DNA of 48,549 nucleotides from Fibrobacterales bacterium (GCA_051532055.1 JAOPTX010000075.1:1-48549); one strand, 5' to 3'. Positions 9,434 through 20,520 are shown, numbered from the stretch's first letter. Notes: generated by a model not told the origin, from the letters alone. Translations and numbers: made by a program.

Positions 9434-11695
9434 ATGAAAAAAATCATCACGTGTTTTGGGTCGGTATGTATTTCCAGTACTCACTTTACTGCTCGTAACA
9501 ATTATTCAATTCGATTACTACTCTATGTCATTGTTTTACTGATTGTTCCAGAAACCATCTTTGCGAAAATACCAATAATTATAGATAGTGATGCGAACAA
9601 TGAAGTGGATGATCAACAAGCTATCGGCTATACCTTGTTCAATAGTGATATATTTGATATCCGAGGTATTGCTACTAATAGAACCTACAATGGAGGCGCT
9701 GTTGCCAACCATACGGCAGAAGCACTTCGTATCATTAAATTATGTGGTGCTGAGGGTAAAATTCCTCTCATAGAAGGAGCAGATGGTGATTACAATACCA
9801 TTAAAGGCGCTATTCATGATGCATCCTATGACGGTAAAGCTGCAGTCGATTTTATCATTCAGGAGGCTCATAAGAACCACAGTCAAAAACTGATTTTAGC
9901 CCCTATTGGTAAGCTGACAAATATCGCGTTGGCCTTTGATAAAGATCCATCAATTATCCCAAAAGTAACAGTCGTCTGGCTTGGCTCAAATTGGCCCGAT
10001 GCAGGAGAGTATAATTTGGAAAATGATATACCCTCGGTAAATGCAGTCTTTGAAACAGATGTTGAATTATGGATTCCCACTGTAAACTATAACCAAGATT
10101 TCGGTACTGCTGCTGTAGTAGCTTATACTTCGGACATAAACTCATTTATGCCCGGAAAAGGTCCAACGTACTCACCGGGAATTACCGGTCGTAACGGTGG
10201 TACCTTTCACACTTTCGGAGATTATAGTGTAAATCTTTTTAATAATACAGGAGATAGTTATCGTGCGATGTATGATATGGCGGCAATTGCAATAATTAAA
10301 AACCCAAGTTGGGGCACCCCAACATCAGTGGGTGCGCCCTATCTCAATGACAACGGTTCTTGGACAGCCAACACTACTAATTCACGAAAGGTCACCTTTT
10401 ATCAGTATTTTAATAAAGAAGCCATTATGGATGACTTTTATGAATCAGTAGAGCATTACACCTTAGAGTATGAAAGATTTTTTGCTTCATTCAGCAGCAC
10501 TCTTTCGCAATTACAGGTCACTGTTGACGCAAGCACAACGGAACCAATTGCTGGTGAGTCGATAACCTCATATGCATGGGACTTTGGTGATGGTTCCACT
10601 GGTATCGGCGTTACTGCATCTCACACCTATGGCTCCTTTGGTGAAAATACCGTTACCCTTATTGTTACTCAAAGTGACGGGGCTCTCGATACTCTTACCC
10701 AAAATATTACCCTTCATGACGGTAATCCTCATAACACTCCTGATGCTGATATCAATCTTGCCTTGCTCCCTTCTTCTAAAATTAGTGGTTCCGGGTATTC
10801 CCGAGGAGATGCCGGCGATATACTCTTTGACCCACAAACTAATACCTATGCACAACAAACTGGGTGGAATGAGTATGGTGTTGGCTTTGGAGAAAATCTT
10901 GGACTTGCCTCAGAAGATACTCCCTTTTATTGGCAGGTGAGTTGGAATACTCCTCAATACATTAACTATATCACTTTTGGTGGAGCCTATCCCAATCAGC
11001 CACAACCAAATGCAGTTTGGAAAATTCAATATTCTATGGATGATAGCTGGACTGATATTGAAACGGGAACAGGTGGTTGGATTAATTCTGGGATTTATGA
11101 ATGGGGGGGAAGCGAGCAGCTCCCTATAAGTGCTGATTCAATGCGCGTCATTGTGTATTCAGATGGTGTTCATGATCTTACCAGCATACACCTGAGAGGA
11201 CGAGGTGCACAATCTACAGAAGAAGATGATAGTAACACTACACCTAAAGCAACACTTGTTCAATATGTACCTCTGACTATCGATCTACCAAGTTCTAATG
11301 AACATACATCATCCAGCAGTGAAGCTCAAGTTTTATCGAATTCTTCTGAAGATGCAACCTCAGTACCTGGCTCAAATACAAGTTCATTCAGCAGTAGTAC
11401 TCATTCTTCAATGTATGACACCTCTGAATTAGCTTCCAGTGATGCATCCATTGCTCCTGTGGCACACTACTCTACACTTCACCAGTTAATACCTCTGGGT
11501 GAAAACCGTTTTTCATTATCCTATGAAACAACTAAAAATTTTTCCCTATTACTCTATGATGTAAATGGAAATGCCATAGGATTTGGTTTTGTAAATTCCA
11601 CAACTATTCATGTAAGAATGCGGAGTACCGGAATGCTATTGTATCGATTGACTAGCAAACAAAGTGAATACAGAGGAATTGTGTATCTATACTAA
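9434..11695 (+). CDS. Secreted nucleoside-hydrolase-family protein with PKD and discoidin-like domains
   Basis: IIIDSDANNEVDD Asp-rich motif, IGKLTNIA and EYN. PKD SYAWDFGDG. Ser-rich linker and C-terminal LYDVNG tail. Start taken at MKKII (9434). Confidence 0.8.
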   Translation: MKKIITCFGSVCISSTHFTARNNYSIRLLLYVIVLLIVPETIFAKIPIIIDSDANNEVDDQQAIGYTLFNSDIFDIRGIATNRTYNGGAVANHTAEALRIIKLCGAEGKIPLIEGADGDYNTIKGAIHDASYDGKAAVDFIIQEAHKNHSQKLILAPIGKLTNIALAFDKDPSIIPKVTVVWLGSNWPDAGEYNLENDIPSVNAVFETDVELWIPTVNYNQDFGTAAVVAYTSDINSFMPGKGPTYSPGITGRNGGTFHTFGDYSVNLFNNTGDSYRAMYDMAAIAIIKNPSWGTPTSVGAPYLNDNGSWTANTTNSRKVTFYQYFNKEAIMDDFYESVEHYTLEYERFFASFSSTLSQLQVTVDASTTEPIAGESITSYAWDFGDGSTGIGVTASHTYGSFGENTVTLIVTQSDGALDTLTQNITLHDGNPHNTPDADINLALLPSSKISGSGYSRGDAGDILFDPQTNTYAQQTGWNEYGVGFGENLGLASEDTPFYWQVSWNTPQYINYITFGGAYPNQPQPNAVWKIQYSMDDSWTDIETGTGGWINSGIYEWGGSEQLPISADSMRVIVYSDGVHDLTSIHLRGRGAQSTEEDDSNTTPKATLVQYVPLTIDLPSSNEHTSSSSEAQVLSNSSEDATSVPGSNTSSFSSSTHSSMYDTSELASSDASIAPVAHYSTLHQLIPLGENRFSLSYETTKNFSLLLYDVNGNAIGFGFVNSTTIHVRMRSTGMLLYRLTSKQSEYRGIVYLY

Positions 11696-11762
11696 TTCAT
11701 TTTTTATTCTATAACAGGAACACAGCAATTGTTATAAGAGTGGTACATGTTTTTACTTGTAC

Positions 11763-14435
11763 CTAATGATACTGTATAAATAATACTCCATAAGGGAGGT
11801 CTTCTGATACAGAGAGGGTATTGTTCTGTATCGCTCCTTGGTGAAGCCGTTCACCGCGAATAGTAAAGATGATATAGTTCGCTGCTGAATGTGGCGGGAC
11901 GAGTAGAAATGGTGTGTTGGTAGAATGATATATTAGTTCGTTCTGGTTATGAACAGAGTGTGCATCTGTGTTCAGTGGTGAAGTACCTTTCTCATTAAGG
12001 CTTGATGAAGTACTAATGGTAGAACTCGATGATAGGGGAGACGCAATTGAAGAATAAGACTCCACTGATTGAACGATTCCTTCTTGGCCAACACCTGGCC
12101 CATACTCTTCACTGCTTAAATTGGGTTCCTCTTGTGATGATTCAATTCTCGATTCATTGCGAAAGTCTTGGAGTGGAATCTGGTGCTCTAGAATCCAACG
12201 ACCACTCCACCAACCTGTTTTAAAACCTTCATATTCTGCGTATCCTGTTTCATTTTCCATGTGAATATAATACTCTGACTTCCAAATACTTTGTAATAAC
12301 GTATGGGTACTGTTGATCTCAACTATAGACCAGCGAGAACTCCACCATCCAGAGTCTCTTGGAGTAACGGCTATATGAGACGTTTCATCTTCTAAATTAA
12401 TATAGTCACCAGTTTTTTCATTTCTAATCTCTAAAACCCCCGGGGCAAGCTCTTCAAAAATCCACGCATCCGGTGTACTACTCAGAGTGAGCTCATTGCT
12501 ACTCTGATTCAAATAGAGCATCTTCCATGCGCTTTTTATTGCATAGGTTTGATTGGCAGGGTGTATACGAATGGTGATAGTATCTTTTACTGATGATCCT
12601 AATTCATCTACAACCTCTAAAGTCAATTGGTGAATTCCAACACTTAAGGGTATTGTATCGATTATCTGATTTGAGAGTATGGAATCATTACTTCGCCATG
12701 TATACGATACAATTTCTCCATTGGGGTCAATACTTTGTGAACCATCTAATATATAAGAGATAAAACCTGTATCTTCTGTATCTGTTGTAGTGATGTCTTC
12801 ACCTGCATAAACATGGGGAATGTCTTTTGAAATTTTAAACCAATTGAGATTATATCCTGGTTCCTCTGCTACTAAAGCAAATGTCTGTTTCCCTGCCGGT
12901 AACTCTACCAGTTGATACACGGTTGTCCAGTCTTTCCAACTTCCCGTTTCAGCAATGGGTGTTTCTGCAAATACTTCTGCACCGCCAAATAATTCAAGCT
13001 TAAGAACACCACCACCCGCAAGGCTCGAAACTCTATAGTGCATTATGTAGGTTCCTGCTTCAGCGATGTCTACGGTATACGTTGCAAAACTCCCTTTACT
13101 CATTCCGCCAAGATTACTCCCGGCCTCACTTGCAGGTTCAACAAGTACATCGTGCATACTAAAATAATTTTCTGCCTCATAATGGAGAGGAGCCTTTTTG
13201 TAAATCATAAGGGCATCAATAGTAGCGCTATTTCTTTGACAATTTTCAAGTAACACACTTTCTGTAAATCCCATTATGGCATCAAATGCAAAAGCGGTGT
13301 CGGGTTTTGGTCCACCATTGTTCCAGTAATGGGTGAGGGTAAAGTAATCATCTTCGGGCATGATTTTATATGACCCACTCCCTGAGTGTACTTTTTTCCA
13401 TGTCCACCAGCTCCACCCAATATTGTGGGCCTCTAAAAGACGTACTGCATCATTATACCACGTATTACTATTTTCCCCTGATTCACTCATCCACAGAGGA
13501 GCATTGTAGGCATCACGCATACCAATAAATCCACTGATTGACGCGTAATTATTTTCATTCCAATATTTGTGAAAACTAATGCCAACGTTGGTGTCGTGTA
13601 CAGGTAAGGGCCACAGGCCATTATGATTATTTCCCCAACAGTTACCTTCAATAAAAATTATGTGATTTGTATCATGTTGGCGGATTGCAGGAATCAACCG
13701 TGCATACATGTCGCGGAGCGGTCCGTTCTCAGTATCGCCACACCCTCGGTCTCCTGGGGTGATAAAACTCCAGTTGGGTTCATTCATGGGGTCGAATCCA
13801 CCAACCCACGGTTCATCTGCATAGCGCTCCGCAAAATTGCTCCATATAGCCACCGTCTTTCGTTTGTTCTCTTCACTTTCCCAGAGTGATGGTTTACTTG
13901 GATCATAATCATTGATGTTGCCGTTATACCCTTGACCTCCGGGAGCCGCATGGAGATCGAGAATAATATAGAGTTCACTGCGCGCACACCATGCAATAAG
14001 ACTATCGAGTCGATCAAAGCCTTCCGGTAACCACGTGTCTTGACCTGCTACTGGTTCTTCTTCAATGGGGAGGGTAAAGTTATTATAGTGGAGAGAAATG
14101 CGAATAGTATTAAAACCCGATGCTTTCAGTTCTTGAACATCGGCCTCTCTGAAAAAATTATCGAGCCATGCTGTGCGGTATTGTTCAAATTTTTCAGTAC
14201 CTATGAGATCTTTAATGTCGTTAAAGATTTTATGCTGCCCTTCATTTGCGGCTTCATTCAAACCAAACATATACGGTTCTTGTACAAACCATCCGCCGAT
14301 TCCCATTGAGCGAATGATAAAATTTTCTCCAGTGCCATCCACAATTCGGGTACCGGCAGCCCGAAGAAATCCGGAGGAATACGCTGACGTAACAAAGATA
14401 GTTGCGAGTAGTATCGTTTTTGCTATTGATATCAT
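11763..14435 (-). CDS. GH5 glycoside hydrolase + CBM6 + PKD-like + Trp-rich (ricin-like) module
   Basis: GFNTIR, LDLHAAPGGQ, MNEP (acid/base), FHKYW and WMSESGEN (nucleophile). CBM6 HYEAENY...TGSWKDW...NLNWF. LDGSQSIDPNGEIVSYTW. Repeated GWWS.RW. C-terminal IFTIRGERL tail. Confidence 0.9.
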   Translation of the reverse strand: MISIAKTILLATIFVTSAYSSGFLRAAGTRIVDGTGENFIIRSMGIGGWFVQEPYMFGLNEAANEGQHKIFNDIKDLIGTEKFEQYRTAWLDNFFREADVQELKASGFNTIRISLHYNNFTLPIEEEPVAGQDTWLPEGFDRLDSLIAWCARSELYIILDLHAAPGGQGYNGNINDYDPSKPSLWESEENKRKTVAIWSNFAERYADEPWVGGFDPMNEPNWSFITPGDRGCGDTENGPLRDMYARLIPAIRQHDTNHIIFIEGNCWGNNHNGLWPLPVHDTNVGISFHKYWNENNYASISGFIGMRDAYNAPLWMSESGENSNTWYNDAVRLLEAHNIGWSWWTWKKVHSGSGSYKIMPEDDYFTLTHYWNNGGPKPDTAFAFDAIMGFTESVLLENCQRNSATIDALMIYKKAPLHYEAENYFSMHDVLVEPASEAGSNLGGMSKGSFATYTVDIAEAGTYIMHYRVSSLAGGGVLKLELFGGAEVFAETPIAETGSWKDWTTVYQLVELPAGKQTFALVAEEPGYNLNWFKISKDIPHVYAGEDITTTDTEDTGFISYILDGSQSIDPNGEIVSYTWRSNDSILSNQIIDTIPLSVGIHQLTLEVVDELGSSVKDTITIRIHPANQTYAIKSAWKMLYLNQSSNELTLSSTPDAWIFEELAPGVLEIRNEKTGDYINLEDETSHIAVTPRDSGWWSSRWSIVEINSTHTLLQSIWKSEYYIHMENETGYAEYEGFKTGWWSGRWILEHQIPLQDFRNESRIESSQEEPNLSSEEYGPGVGQEGIVQSVESYSSIASPLSSSSTISTSSSLNEKGTSPLNTDAHSVHNQNELIYHSTNTPFLLVPPHSAANYIIFTIRGERLHQGAIQNNTLSVSEDLPYGVLFIQYH

Positions 14436-14557
14436 AATGGTTCCTGTGAAATTAACTGAATCAACCACAAAGGGTTAGTATGAGATGTGCAATAACCGAG
14501 GCATAAGATAGTGCAGATGGGTACATAGGTATGTGTTCATGTATGTGTTTAGTATCT

Positions 14558-14589
14558 GTTCACATTCAATTGCCCTATTGAACCTGAAC
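14558..14589. promoter_or_regulatory. 32-bp imperfect palindrome upstream of the GH5 gene
   Basis: GTTCA-CA-TTCAAT-TGCCCT-ATTGAA-CC-TGAAC, with no T tract, about 120 nt upstream of the GH5 start. Confidence 0.45.
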
Positions 14590-14919
14590 GATTTACTCAG
14601 TAAGCTACATTATCAAAATTGTAGGTGAATTGATATTTATGGATTGTGATAATTTATTATGGAACAAGTTGTCCATAGCGTATTAAATGAAAATACAGAG
14701 TGTAGCGATACACAAGAAAATCAGTCTTTTGATAAGGATTGCTTGGCATCGCTTGCTATAGGTACTTTTAAAGAACAAGGGGCATACACTGTAATAGAGT
14801 ATGTTTTAGATCATCTTGGACAATATATCAGCCTTTTTTATCCATGACCTCATATGGGGTTTGAAGGATATTCATGGTCGTATCGCAGGTTCTGGAGTCT
14901 ATTTCTGAAAAGTAGTATT

Positions 14920-17505
14920 TTATTCATATCGAAGAATCACTATCATCTTAGAAAGTGCTACCGGAAGTATGATCACAGAATTAACAATCTCAACTGTGTA
15001 GAGACGTTCACCGTACAACGAGTAGATGGTACCTGTTTTGGCTTCAGTATGAGCAGCTATCATTTGTTGTGATGCATCTACAGTAATAATTTGACTGTTT
15101 CTAAATGAGGTTACTTGATTATTGAAGATAAGTGAAGTTACTGTTTTAGATGAGCTGTCGTGAATAAGGGCACTCGAAGAGCTCAGGGACTCAATCGATC
15201 CATCATCTGTACTGGCTCCGGAGGAGGTAGAATTCTGTTGACTCACTGAACTACTTGAAGATAAAGGTTCTGCAATAGTTACTTTTTCATACACTCGTAG
15301 CTCAGAAAAAGCAAAGTGCCCTTTGTCACTCTTTCGCTGAACCCGTATGTATTGATAAGGGTCACTGCCTGCTACAGGTACTGTCCAGGTACCTTTGTGG
15401 GGGATGAGTAGTTCATCATCAATAGATGCCAATACAGTAAAATCATTAAAATCAGGATTGAGGGATGCTTGGATCTCAAGATGTATTCTACTGGACTCTT
15501 GATCTAAGCCCTGACGCGATACTAATTCGATAGTATCGATTGAAATTTTTCGTTGCAGATCAACCTGTAAATATGGGGAACGTTCATCTGCATCTGATGC
15601 CCAGTTCGTTCCGAGTAGACCATCGTTTGCCATTCGTGAATCTTTTCCCGTCCAGTTGCTCGAAGCGAATGTTGACTTAAAAAGTGCAACATTGGGTCTT
15701 TTTGACGTTCTCTCTTCTGAGTACCCTGCATCGCTCATAATTGAAAGTGCATCTTGTGGCCAATTTCCATCGGTCACAACTGTGTTGTTTCGCCAGGTAT
15801 TGTAGGTGCCGTTTGCTAATGTAGTATGGGTGTCGGAGTAATTATTTTCAAGTACATTATTCTGGATAGTGCTAGTCCATAGGCCTGCCCATACGTCGGA
15901 ATCTCTCACCACATTGCTGTATATATGAATATTACTCGACCCTTCATCTGGGTATAGTGCCCGTGCATCGGACCGGTGATTTCTCACTCCCGTAATATAG
16001 TTATGGTGAATGCTTGCGTTTGTCTGTTTCGAAAGAGTGTATATTCCACCACCATCTTCAAACTTTAGCATAACGCTATCAACCCTGTTGTAGGCAATAA
16101 TGTTGTTTAGGCCCGCTTCAATTTCGGGACTCCATCCCCAACCAACTGATATACCGCTATATGGGAGATTCACAACGGTATTACCCTGTATAGTAGTCTC
16201 TTCGGTTATTTGTGCAAAAATCCCAATTGACCCCCAGTACTCTCTGCCAGCTCTACGGATATAATTATTAAATACCGTAATTTCTTTAGTATTTGCAATT
16301 GAGATACCACTCCCTGAAATATCACTGAAACTATTATGGGCAATCAATGAGTTATTACTCTCATTTGAAAATTGAAGAGCACCTGACCCTAGATGTTCAA
16401 AGCTGCACCCCTCTATGGTTATGAAACTACTTGAAGTGATGCGTACTGCCCCTTTCATATTTTGTGAGCCATGTTTTGTCTTATATGCCTCAGCCTGTAT
16501 ATGGGGATACCCATTATCGGAATGCACTTGCAACCATGTGTTGTATTTAAAGGCGAGTCCTCTAAATTGAATGTGTGATACATCGGTTACGGTGAGCAGT
16601 GTCTGCTGAGTAGGGATTATTGTTTCGGCTGTTGCAAGATCTACACTGGTATAAGGCTTCAGATAAATAGTATTGGCAGATTTATCAAGATACCACTCTC
16701 CCTTTTGGTCAATAAACTCATAGGCATTTTCTATCCATGCTGGCCACGGGAGACCATCTTTGACGCCACCACTGCTATGAGTAAATATAGCGCTTGCCTT
16801 TGCGCCTTCCCAATACGGCTCTTTCATAAGTACTTTGTTATAGGCCGCATCAATACTTGCTATTTGTCCCCGTTGGTGTATCCACTCTACTCGCACAACC
16901 ACTTCTATATCAGTGAGGTTGTTCCAACTGGCAACTTCAGAAAAGTTTGGAACATTGTATCCCCATGCATCAACACTCCACCCCATGGCATCGGCCGTTC
17001 GTGCACGCATTTGCCTGCTCCCATTAACATAGAGTTGACGGGTATCTGTTCCTTCCGGTACTGTAGCTTTATAAATATTTTTACTGGCATCGTGAAGTGT
17101 CCAACCTGTGACTGTATGACCACCACTTATTATTGCCTTTCCTTTGTTTTGAGCTTGGTAAATAATTTCAAATCCGTTTGTACCTCCATCGAGGTTTCCG
17201 AAAGCGAGATGCGAAGAGAGGTGATAGACACCATCTAAAAGGGTGACAATAATATCACCAGTCTGATTACTTTTTATTTTATTCATTGCATTGCGTGCTT
17301 GGGTAATTGTCGCAAAGGGCGCCGATAGTGTTCCGGGGTTTGTATCCAAACCTTTTGGAGAAACAAAAAACTCTTGTTGTACAATGGCGTGCAGTGGTGC
17401 GCATAAAAATAAGCTCAAAACTACAAGCATACAATTTCTATGGATGCTGAATGTGCACTGTGTCACACTAAAATAAACACTGCGTAGAAAAGTCGTAGCT
17501 CTCAT
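14920..17505 (-). CDS. Right-handed beta-helix protein (GH141-like) + F5/8 type C (CBM32-like) domain
   Basis: FFVSPKGLDTNPGT..PFATI..AR, RQLYVNG..RAR, ENAYEFIDQKGEWY, DGGGIYT and YPDEGSS. NVALFKSTFASS..LQVDL..FSELRVY. Ser linker and IYSLYGERL tail. Start codon uncertain. Confidence 0.8.
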   Translation of the reverse strand: MRATTFLRSVYFSVTQCTFSIHRNCMLVVLSLFLCAPLHAIVQQEFFVSPKGLDTNPGTLSAPFATITQARNAMNKIKSNQTGDIIVTLLDGVYHLSSHLAFGNLDGGTNGFEIIYQAQNKGKAIISGGHTVTGWTLHDASKNIYKATVPEGTDTRQLYVNGSRQMRARTADAMGWSVDAWGYNVPNFSEVASWNNLTDIEVVVRVEWIHQRGQIASIDAAYNKVLMKEPYWEGAKASAIFTHSSGGVKDGLPWPAWIENAYEFIDQKGEWYLDKSANTIYLKPYTSVDLATAETIIPTQQTLLTVTDVSHIQFRGLAFKYNTWLQVHSDNGYPHIQAEAYKTKHGSQNMKGAVRITSSSFITIEGCSFEHLGSGALQFSNESNNSLIAHNSFSDISGSGISIANTKEITVFNNYIRRAGREYWGSIGIFAQITEETTIQGNTVVNLPYSGISVGWGWSPEIEAGLNNIIAYNRVDSVMLKFEDGGGIYTLSKQTNASIHHNYITGVRNHRSDARALYPDEGSSNIHIYSNVVRDSDVWAGLWTSTIQNNVLENNYSDTHTTLANGTYNTWRNNTVVTDGNWPQDALSIMSDAGYSEERTSKRPNVALFKSTFASSNWTGKDSRMANDGLLGTNWASDADERSPYLQVDLQRKISIDTIELVSRQGLDQESSRIHLEIQASLNPDFNDFTVLASIDDELLIPHKGTWTVPVAGSDPYQYIRVQRKSDKGHFAFSELRVYEKVTIAEPLSSSSSVSQQNSTSSGASTDDGSIESLSSSSALIHDSSSKTVTSLIFNNQVTSFRNSQIITVDASQQMIAAHTEAKTGTIYSLYGERLYTVEIVNSVIILPVALSKMIVILRYE

Positions 17506-17752
17506 TATCCCCTCGGATTGTTGAGTTCAAAGTATCAGCTGCATGTTCTGATAACATAAAATGGTAGACTGACCAATGATGTGTCCCTGTTACTATTAAA
17601 ATACTCTATAAAATCAGGAGGAACAATTGTAAATGTTCATTTTACATTATTCATTCTAAAATAGATCAAATGTGACTTCTGGGGCTAAAGAGGGTACTTT
17701 TACAGAAATAGATGCAATAATTTGGAAATAAAGTGGTATCATATGGTAAACA

Positions 17753-19192
17753 ATGATTAATGAGAAACATACTATGCCCAAAATACCATTACTTTTCAGA
17801 ACAATTATAATCGCAGTATTGTTTATAGTTATAGGGTTCGCCTTTTACTCTTCATTCACGGTAGATGCGTCAAAAGAAGAGCTGGTCAGCACCGCTCAAA
17901 ATGCTTGTATTGTGTTAGGAATTCTGGGTCTTGGGGTTATCACACTCTATTATAGAATTGGTTATCAAATGTTCTATCTTGAGGGATCCCTCGATGCATT
18001 AGAGCAACCCATTACAACAACCGACATGAAAATGCATTGGCGATTCATTAATAAGACAACAGAAACACTCCTTGAGCAACATGGACTTAATAAGCGGAAT
18101 GTGCGTGGAAAGCATTGTTCAAGTTGGCAGGCAGATATTTGTGGTACAGAGAATTGTGGTATTGAATGTCTGAGAAATGACAAACCTAGAACCTTTTACA
18201 ACCAGGCTATACCTGATGCTGACAGTATATATATGCAGGTTGATACAAACTATATCTATAATGACTTAGGGAAAAAGATTGGTCATGTTGAGGTGGTGAC
18301 AAATATCGATACTACTAGTCAGCTGGGGAAAACTGCTAAAGTTCTTGGTCCATCGTCAAAAACACTTCTTGAGACTTCAAATAATATGACTGAAAATGCT
18401 CTACAGATGACCGATAAAGCTGTTTCAACTACATCTCAAGTGGAATCTCTTTCGAATAGCCTCAATGCAGTGGCTAAAGCATCAGATGATATGTCTAGTT
18501 CAGTAACTACTGTGGCATCATCTATCGAGGAGATGAGCTCAACTATCAATGAAGTTGCTAAAAACTGTTCAGAAGCCTCAACTATTACAAATCAAGCAGA
18601 TAAGCAGGCGAAGGATACGCAAGTAACCATGGAGCAACTCAATAATGCGGCAATTGAAATTGGTAAGATATTAAGTACCATAAATGATATTGCAGATCAG
18701 ACCAACCTTTTAGCGCTTAATGCAACTATTGAGGCTGCATCTGCTGGTGATGCAGGTAAAGGTTTTGCTGTGGTGGCAAGTGAGGTAAAAGAGCTTGCAA
18801 AACAAACAGCTATGGCTACGAGTGAAATTGGTAATCAGATTGGTGAGATTCAGCAGACAACAACAACATCTGTTTCTGCAATGAATCAAATATCTGAAGT
18901 TATCACGAAAATTGATACTATAACTCAAGCAATAGCGGCATCCGTTGAAGAGCAATCTGTTGCGGTAAATGAAATATCCCAATCGATAGGAACGGCCTCT
19001 TCTTCTGCAACAAATATTTCGAACAGTGTTAATGACGCTTCAGGCAATGCGACTGATATTACAAAGAATATCAAAGAACTCAGTAATAGTATAAGCTCAA
19101 CGGCTAATGATGCACAAATGACCAATCAACAGGCAAAAGAGTTGACTGGTTTATCCGGAAAACTTGAAGGCCTTACTGAAAACCTTGGATAA
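17753..19192 (+). CDS. Methyl-accepting chemotaxis protein with a Cys-rich PAS domain
   Basis: [37 protein letters not shown] signalling hairpin, two N-terminal TM helices and a PAS-like LDAL..PITTTD..FINK segment. Confidence 0.92.
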   Translation: MINEKHTMPKIPLLFRTIIIAVLFIVIGFAFYSSFTVDASKEELVSTAQNACIVLGILGLGVITLYYRIGYQMFYLEGSLDALEQPITTTDMKMHWRFINKTTETLLEQHGLNKRNVRGKHCSSWQADICGTENCGIECLRNDKPRTFYNQAIPDADSIYMQVDTNYIYNDLGKKIGHVEVVTNIDTTSQLGKTAKVLGPSSKTLLETSNNMTENALQMTDKAVSTTSQVESLSNSLNAVAKASDDMSSSVTTVASSIEEMSSTINEVAKNCSEASTITNQADKQAKDTQVTMEQLNNAAIEIGKILSTINDIADQTNLLALNATIEAASAGDAGKGFAVVASEVKELAKQTAMATSEIGNQIGEIQQTTTTSVSAMNQISEVITKIDTITQAIAASVEEQSVAVNEISQSIGTASSSATNISNSVNDASGNATDITKNIKELSNSISSTANDAQMTNQQAKELTGLSGKLEGLTENLG

Positions 19193-19463
19193 GTCGCTAC
19201 TCTAAGGAAGGGTTATCACGGTTTGATATATTTTAAATATCTGCCATGGCATGCCCACTCCTACGATCCACCAACAGAGTGAGCAGTCAGTAATTCTCCT
19301 AAAGATGGGAATTACTACTTACTGGCACCCAAACGTCGTAGCGATTCTACCTATTTAGTTCAATAGTATCTGGAATAAGATTTTACCTAGAGTAATAAAG
19401 CAATGAACTGATTTTTAGCATTAGAGATTAGGTTTAAAGAGGGTATCAAGAGAGTAGAGGCTT

Positions 19464-20465
19464 ATGAAGTATTTGGTGGTTTTGTATATGATTGTTGCGT
19501 TGTGCAATTGTGATGGCGAAGTCGTTATTCCTATTGATGATCATTCTTCAGATGTTGAGTCAAGTTCTATGGGAGTATCCTCAGTGAGCAGTCAACCACG
19601 TCAAACATCTTCAAGAATGAATGAAAGTAGCGATGTCCATAATTTGGATGTGTCGAGTGATGATCGAATTGGAGAGAGTAGCGAAGAAATAGTAAAAGAG
19701 TCAAGTTATAGTGATGTCGAGTTGAGTGGTACTGAAATAGAGTTAAGTACACAATTAGAATCATCAATAGATAATTTCAGTTCATTTGAATCGAGTAGCA
19801 ATATCCCCCCTGAAAGTTCAGAAGAGAGTTCATCTCAAAGCCTCATCTACCCCTATATACACAAGAGCATTTATAAGAATGTGCCTACATCAGAAAAGGT
19901 AGTCGCCCTCACTTTTGATGATGGACCCGATTTTGAGACGGGTTCAACAGAGGCCTTTTTACAGTTTTTTAAAGAGTACGATATGAAGGTTACCTTTTTC
20001 CATATCGGGAAAAATGCTTTAGCGTCTCCCGACAAGGTGTGGAGGGTTCTGGAAGAGGGGCATCAAATTGGGAATCACTCCATGACCCATGAACATATTA
20101 TTGAAAAGGATATCGTTGGACTTGAATATGAGATCAAGGGTTTTCAAAATTATTATATTGAAACATTTAATTATGCTCCAACCGTTTTTCGCGCACCATT
20201 TTTAGAGATCAATGATGACATGTGGGATCTCTTTCAGACTTTACAATTACCTCCTATAGATGCAATAGTTGATATTGTAGATTGGGGTGATCAACCTGTT
20301 GGGGAAATTAAAGATCGCCTGATGAATCAAATAGAACCTGGGGCAATTGTGCTGTGCCATGAACGAATGAAAACACTCGATGTACTTAAAGAATCGATAG
20401 CTGATTTGAAAGATCAAGGGTATCAATTTGTTACCTTAAATGAACTTCTCGAATATCAAGATTGA
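19464..20465 (+). CDS. CE4 polysaccharide deacetylase lipoprotein
   Basis: NodB motifs LTFDDGP, NHSMTH, FRAPF, DW and IVLCHE. Lipobox-like LCNC and Ser-rich linker. Confidence 0.9.
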   Translation: MKYLVVLYMIVALCNCDGEVVIPIDDHSSDVESSSMGVSSVSSQPRQTSSRMNESSDVHNLDVSSDDRIGESSEEIVKESSYSDVELSGTEIELSTQLESSIDNFSSFESSSNIPPESSEESSSQSLIYPYIHKSIYKNVPTSEKVVALTFDDGPDFETGSTEAFLQFFKEYDMKVTFFHIGKNALASPDKVWRVLEEGHQIGNHSMTHEHIIEKDIVGLEYEIKGFQNYYIETFNYAPTVFRAPFLEINDDMWDLFQTLQLPPIDAIVDIVDWGDQPVGEIKDRLMNQIEPGAIVLCHERMKTLDVLKESIADLKDQGYQFVTLNELLEYQD

Positions 20466-20520
20466 TATCAGTGTTTTTAGTATTTTAAGGTAACATTCCC
20501 CCTTAATACTGAGTAGAGTG

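Noticed and set aside
7570..14772. 20/23-nt match between 7570-7592 and 14750-14772 (both LAIGTF)
   Set aside because: It is short enough to arise by chance in 48 kb of AT-rich DNA, and in the first copy it fits normal EEP sequence.
14659..14847. 62-aa ORF between the GH5 and beta-helix genes
   Set aside because: It has no clear RBS or recognisable motif and may be a remnant. Not enough support.
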